Shown here piece after piece: positions 26,511-29,012 of a stretch of DNA of 29,012 nucleotides. The position numbers were made by a program, and so were the translations under genes. Numbering within the stretch: position 1 is the stretch's first letter; each line of letters starts with the position of its first letter. Under the pieces are notes generated by a model. It had not been told where the DNA came from, did not search any database, and worked only from the letters and a program-made list of their open reading frames with translations. The stretch covers positions 1-29,012 of the forward strand of contig JBMOPW010000005.1 in the NCBI GenBank assembly GCA_049322915.1. Reading direction: 5' to 3'. The DNA is from Candidatus Zhuqueibacterota bacterium (GTDB lineage Bacteria > Zhuqueibacterota > Zhuqueibacteria > Thermofontimicrobiales > Thermofontimicrobiaceae).

Positions 26511-28451
26511 TCATTGCGCTGCCCCGGGCGTTGACCGCCCGCTGCTGTTCTTCAATAATCGCCCAACTGATGGAAACCGACTTCCATCCGTGTGCGGCAG
26601 AAACAGTGCGCCGGTGTATTGATTCATGTATTCCGGATCTGCATTCAAATCCAGATAGGTGATTCGCCGCGCCAGCTCGGCCTGTTTGCGCCGGTGTTCC
26701 TCGGAAATCAGAACCATGTACGCGCCAACCAGCGACGCATTGCCGATGAAAACATACTTTTCCTGAGACACGTCCGGAATCAGCCCGATGACAATTGCTT
26801 TTTCGAGATCGATGTTTCGACCGAATCCGCCGGCGATGTAGATTTTGTTGATGTCGGTGAAATGCAGTCCCACCTGGTCCAGCATCAGCGAACAGGCGCA
26901 GTAGATGGCTGCTTTGGCGCGGAGAATATTTTCAATGTCCATCTCTGAAATGACAATCGCCTGGCCGTGTTCGGTGTGCTGAGCCGGCGCCAGCACGTAA
27001 TGCGCCCGCCGGCCATGAATCCGGATGAACTCCGAAGGCTTGGTTCGGTTGAATTTTCCGGCGGCGTCGAGCCAGCCTGTGAGGAATAAATTTGCAATCA
27101 GGGAAATCATGCCGGAACCGCAAATGCCCCGGGCTCTGGTATCGCCGATGACCGAGCACGCAGCTGCGCCGGTGACGGGATCGATGTCCACGCGCTCGAT
27201 GGCGCCGGTTGCCGCGCGCATGCCGCAATCGATGCCACCGCCTTCAAAGGCCGGGCCGGCCGAGCAGGCGCAGCCCATCAAAAAATCGTGATTGCCCAGA
27301 ACCACCTCGCCGTTTGTCCCCACATCGATGAACAGGTTCACCTCCTCGGATCCGGCCGCCAGGTCCGTGCACAGCAGCCCGGCCGTGATATCGCCGCCCA
27401 CGTAACTGCCCACGCACGGCGACAGATACACCGGCGCGAACGCATTCATACGCAATTCCAATTCGCCGGCGACGAAGTCCGGAGCGTGGAGCAATGTCGG
27501 CGTGTAGGGCGCCAATCGGATGTATTCGGGATTCAGTCCCAGCAGCAAGTGCATCATCGTGGTATTGCCGGCGATCACGGCCGCGCAGATTTCCTCCAAG
27601 TCCACTTTGCCATAGCGCGCGGCCGCTTCGATCAGATCATTCACGGTTGACACGACCCGCGAGCGCAACTCCTCCAGCCGCTCGGCTGTCCTGGCGTAAT
27701 CGATGCGGCTGATCACGTCCAGCCCGCAGTTGATCTGACCGTTGTAGTCGGTGTGGGTCGCTAAAATTTTGCCGGTCGCGAGATGGGCGAGTTGCACGGC
27801 GATGGTCGTCGTCCCGATGTCCACGGCGACGCCGAAATGGCGCTGGGTCTCGTCGCCAACCTCGATCCGGATGATGCGCGCCGCGCCGCTGCTTTTGGCG
27901 AGCGTCACGGTGATGCGCCCGGCGTCGGCCCGCACTGTTTGCGCGACAGCTCGACAGACAGAGGCCGGAATGGATAGCGCGGCCTCGCCAATGTGCGGTT
28001 TCAGGCAACGGCTGATCCGATCCATATCCGATAGTCCATCGCCCGACTGCGGCGCCGGCGCCTGAATCGCCAGCTTCATTGCCGCGGGCTGCAATTGCCA
28101 TTGTTGCGGCAGCAACTCGGGTTGTACCAGATGGATGGAAAGGCCATCATCACTGAATTTGCCGTTGCTTCTGGATAGCTGTTCCGGAATTTCGCACACC
28201 AGTGGCTCATCGCCCGCGCGGGTCCGGCAGGCCAGAACATATCCCAGGAAGATGGCCGTCGCCGACAGCAGTCCCAGACTTTCGGTGGACACTTTGCCGC
28301 TGAGAATCCGCACAACGCAGCGTCCGCAGGTGCCTTTTCCGCCGCACGGAGTGTCGAAGTCGATCCGGGCGGAGCGGAACGCGTCTATCAGCTCAGCGCC
28401 AGGGGCCACGTCGATTTCTTTTTCAGTCGGGAGGATTTTGATGATGGGCAT
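26511..28451 (-). CDS. Reductive activator of corrinoid proteins (RACo/RamA-type ASKHA ATPase, DUF4445) with N-terminal [2Fe-2S] domain
   Basis: CGGKGTCGRC...LAC ([2Fe-2S]) followed by AVDIGTTT, GLDVISRI, GNTTM, YVGGDI, IDVGTNGE, CSAGPAFEG, GICGSG, AGGFG and GNASL. Confidence 0.95.
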   Translation of the reverse strand: MPIIKILPTEKEIDVAPGAELIDAFRSARIDFDTPCGGKGTCGRCVVRILSGKVSTESLGLLSATAIFLGYVLACRTRAGDEPLVCEIPEQLSRSNGKFSDDGLSIHLVQPELLPQQWQLQPAAMKLAIQAPAPQSGDGLSDMDRISRCLKPHIGEAALSIPASVCRAVAQTVRADAGRITVTLAKSSGAARIIRIEVGDETQRHFGVAVDIGTTTIAVQLAHLATGKILATHTDYNGQINCGLDVISRIDYARTAERLEELRSRVVSTVNDLIEAAARYGKVDLEEICAAVIAGNTTMMHLLLGLNPEYIRLAPYTPTLLHAPDFVAGELELRMNAFAPVYLSPCVGSYVGGDITAGLLCTDLAAGSEEVNLFIDVGTNGEVVLGNHDFLMGCACSAGPAFEGGGIDCGMRAATGAIERVDIDPVTGAAACSVIGDTRARGICGSGMISLIANLFLTGWLDAAGKFNRTKPSEFIRIHGRRAHYVLAPAQHTEHGQAIVISEMDIENILRAKAAIYCACSLMLDQVGLHFTDINKIYIAGGFGRNIDLEKAIVIGLIPDVSQEKYVFIGNASLVGAYMVLISEEHRRKQAELARRITYLDLNADPEYMNQYTGALFLPHTDGSRFPSVGRLLKNSSGRSTPGAAQ

Positions 28452-28562
28452 GGATGAACCTGGTCATTGGGATTTTGTTTTATAAAATTTTGATGTAGAA
28501 ATGAAGCGCTAAAACTTCATGCGCCAACTAATTTTCTAGCGACGTAAACTTCCAGGCAAAAC

Positions 28563-28584
28563 ATGGAACGCGGATGACGTTGAT
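28563..28584. repeat. Second copy of the left arm of the 7046-7123 element
   Basis: ATGGAACGCGGATGACGTTGAT versus ATGGAACACGGATGACGCTGAT (20/22 identical). Confidence 0.65.
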
Positions 28585-28726
28585 AACGCTTCAAATGAGT
28601 CGCGCAAAGCTGCGGGAGTCATATTTTAAATTACCTGCAATACGTTCTGCGGAGCACTGCTGCTGGATTTCAGAAATCCGCTTTGCGTCAACTTGATTTG
28701 ATTGTTATACCATGCTTTATTATTTA

Positions 28727-28751
28727 ACGCAGAGACGCAGAGGACGCAGAG
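28727..28751. repeat. Tandem repeat 3 x ACGCAGAG downstream of the GxxExxY gene
   Basis: ACGCAGAG ACGCAGAG G ACGCAGAG (minus strand CTCTGCGTCCTCTGCGTCTCTGCGT), 22 bp after the nuclease stop codon. Confidence 0.85.
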
Positions 28752-28773
28752 CTTCGCCGGGTTTTTCTATAGT

Positions 28774-29012
28774 TTATTCCGGTAACTTGTTAACCACTCG
28801 CTCAATACCATCACGCAGCAATTCTACATGAAAGTTTATTAGTAAGCCTAAATGTTTTTCACTCAATCGTAAATAGATTAAAAGTTTTAGCTTATCTATA
28901 GCTGATAATGTTTCTTTTGCTTTCAAATCAACGATGACTTTATCTTCAACTAATAAATCTAACCGTAAGCCTGTACTTAGCTTTATACCTTTGTATGGAA
29001 TCGGTACACTTT
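28774..29012 (-). CDS. GxxExxY family PD-(D/E)XK nuclease, 3' part (5' end outside window)
   Basis: Manual translation from 29010: SVPIPYKGIKLSTGLRLDLLVEDKVIVDLKAKETLSAIDKLKLLIYLRLSEKHLGLLINFHVELLRDGIERVVNKLPE*. RLDLLVEDKVIVxLK and LGLLINF are hallmark motifs. Not in the ORF track; visibly AT-rich. Confidence 0.88.
   Translation of the reverse strand, partial: SVPIPYKGIKLSTGLRLDLLVEDKVIVDLKAKETLSAIDKLKLLIYLRLSEKHLGLLINFHVELLRDGIERVVNKLPE

Noticed and set aside
280..28485. Many long plus-strand ORFs (e.g. 3239-4285, 9439-11034, 14280-15239, 25496-26662)
   Set aside because: They are antisense shadows of well-supported minus-strand genes in GC-rich DNA and show no recognisable motifs.
28550..28625. 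GGCAAA...GCAAAGC resembling a c-di-GMP-I riboswitch
   Set aside because: It is on the wrong strand for the RACo gene, lacks the GNRA-capped P2 stem, and is better explained as the dispersed repeat arm.
28452..28726. Cobalamin riboswitch expected upstream of corrinoid genes (also checked 15912-16260 and 21392-21892)
   Set aside because: No B12-box or GGGAA...GCCACTG core was recognised by eye; an Rfam scan would be decisive.

Overview
A 29 kb, GC-rich bacterial window in which every credible gene lies on the minus strand. A C-terminal NYPNPFNP/FlgD-Ig secretion domain suggests an FCB-group organism such as KSB1 or Calditrichota (inference). In transcription order (right to left): the 3' end of an AT-rich GxxExxY PD-(D/E)XK nuclease missing from the ORF track, with a short tandem repeat; a corrinoid-activation module (RACo/ASKHA activator, DUF3786, a Cys-rich degenerate-HD protein, a URO-D/MtaA-fold protein); an acyl-ACP thioesterase; a DUF6635-like protein; a large secreted GH38-type glycosidase; a GyrI/Cass2 gene with integron-cassette boundaries; an MtaA-fold protein fused to two thioredoxin domains and coupled to a CobW-like GTPase; a 623 aa unknown; and a sugar-phosphate module. 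That module has a long mannose-6-phosphate isomerase, a ROK kinase, a 1247 aa secreted serine hydrolase, an apparently catalytically dead class I aldolase paralog and a class I aldolase fused to a 4x[4Fe-4S] ferredoxin, and is interrupted by three unrelated genes. The best candidate for a new system is a corrinoid/redox-linked sugar catabolic pathway (possibly O-demethylation of methylated sugars) built around the aldolase-ferredoxin fusion and the methyltransferase-thioredoxin fusion. The intergenic spaces also carry several small palindromic or tandem-repeat elements. No rRNA, complete tRNA or CRISPR array was seen. All family calls come from motif recognition by eye, not database searches.
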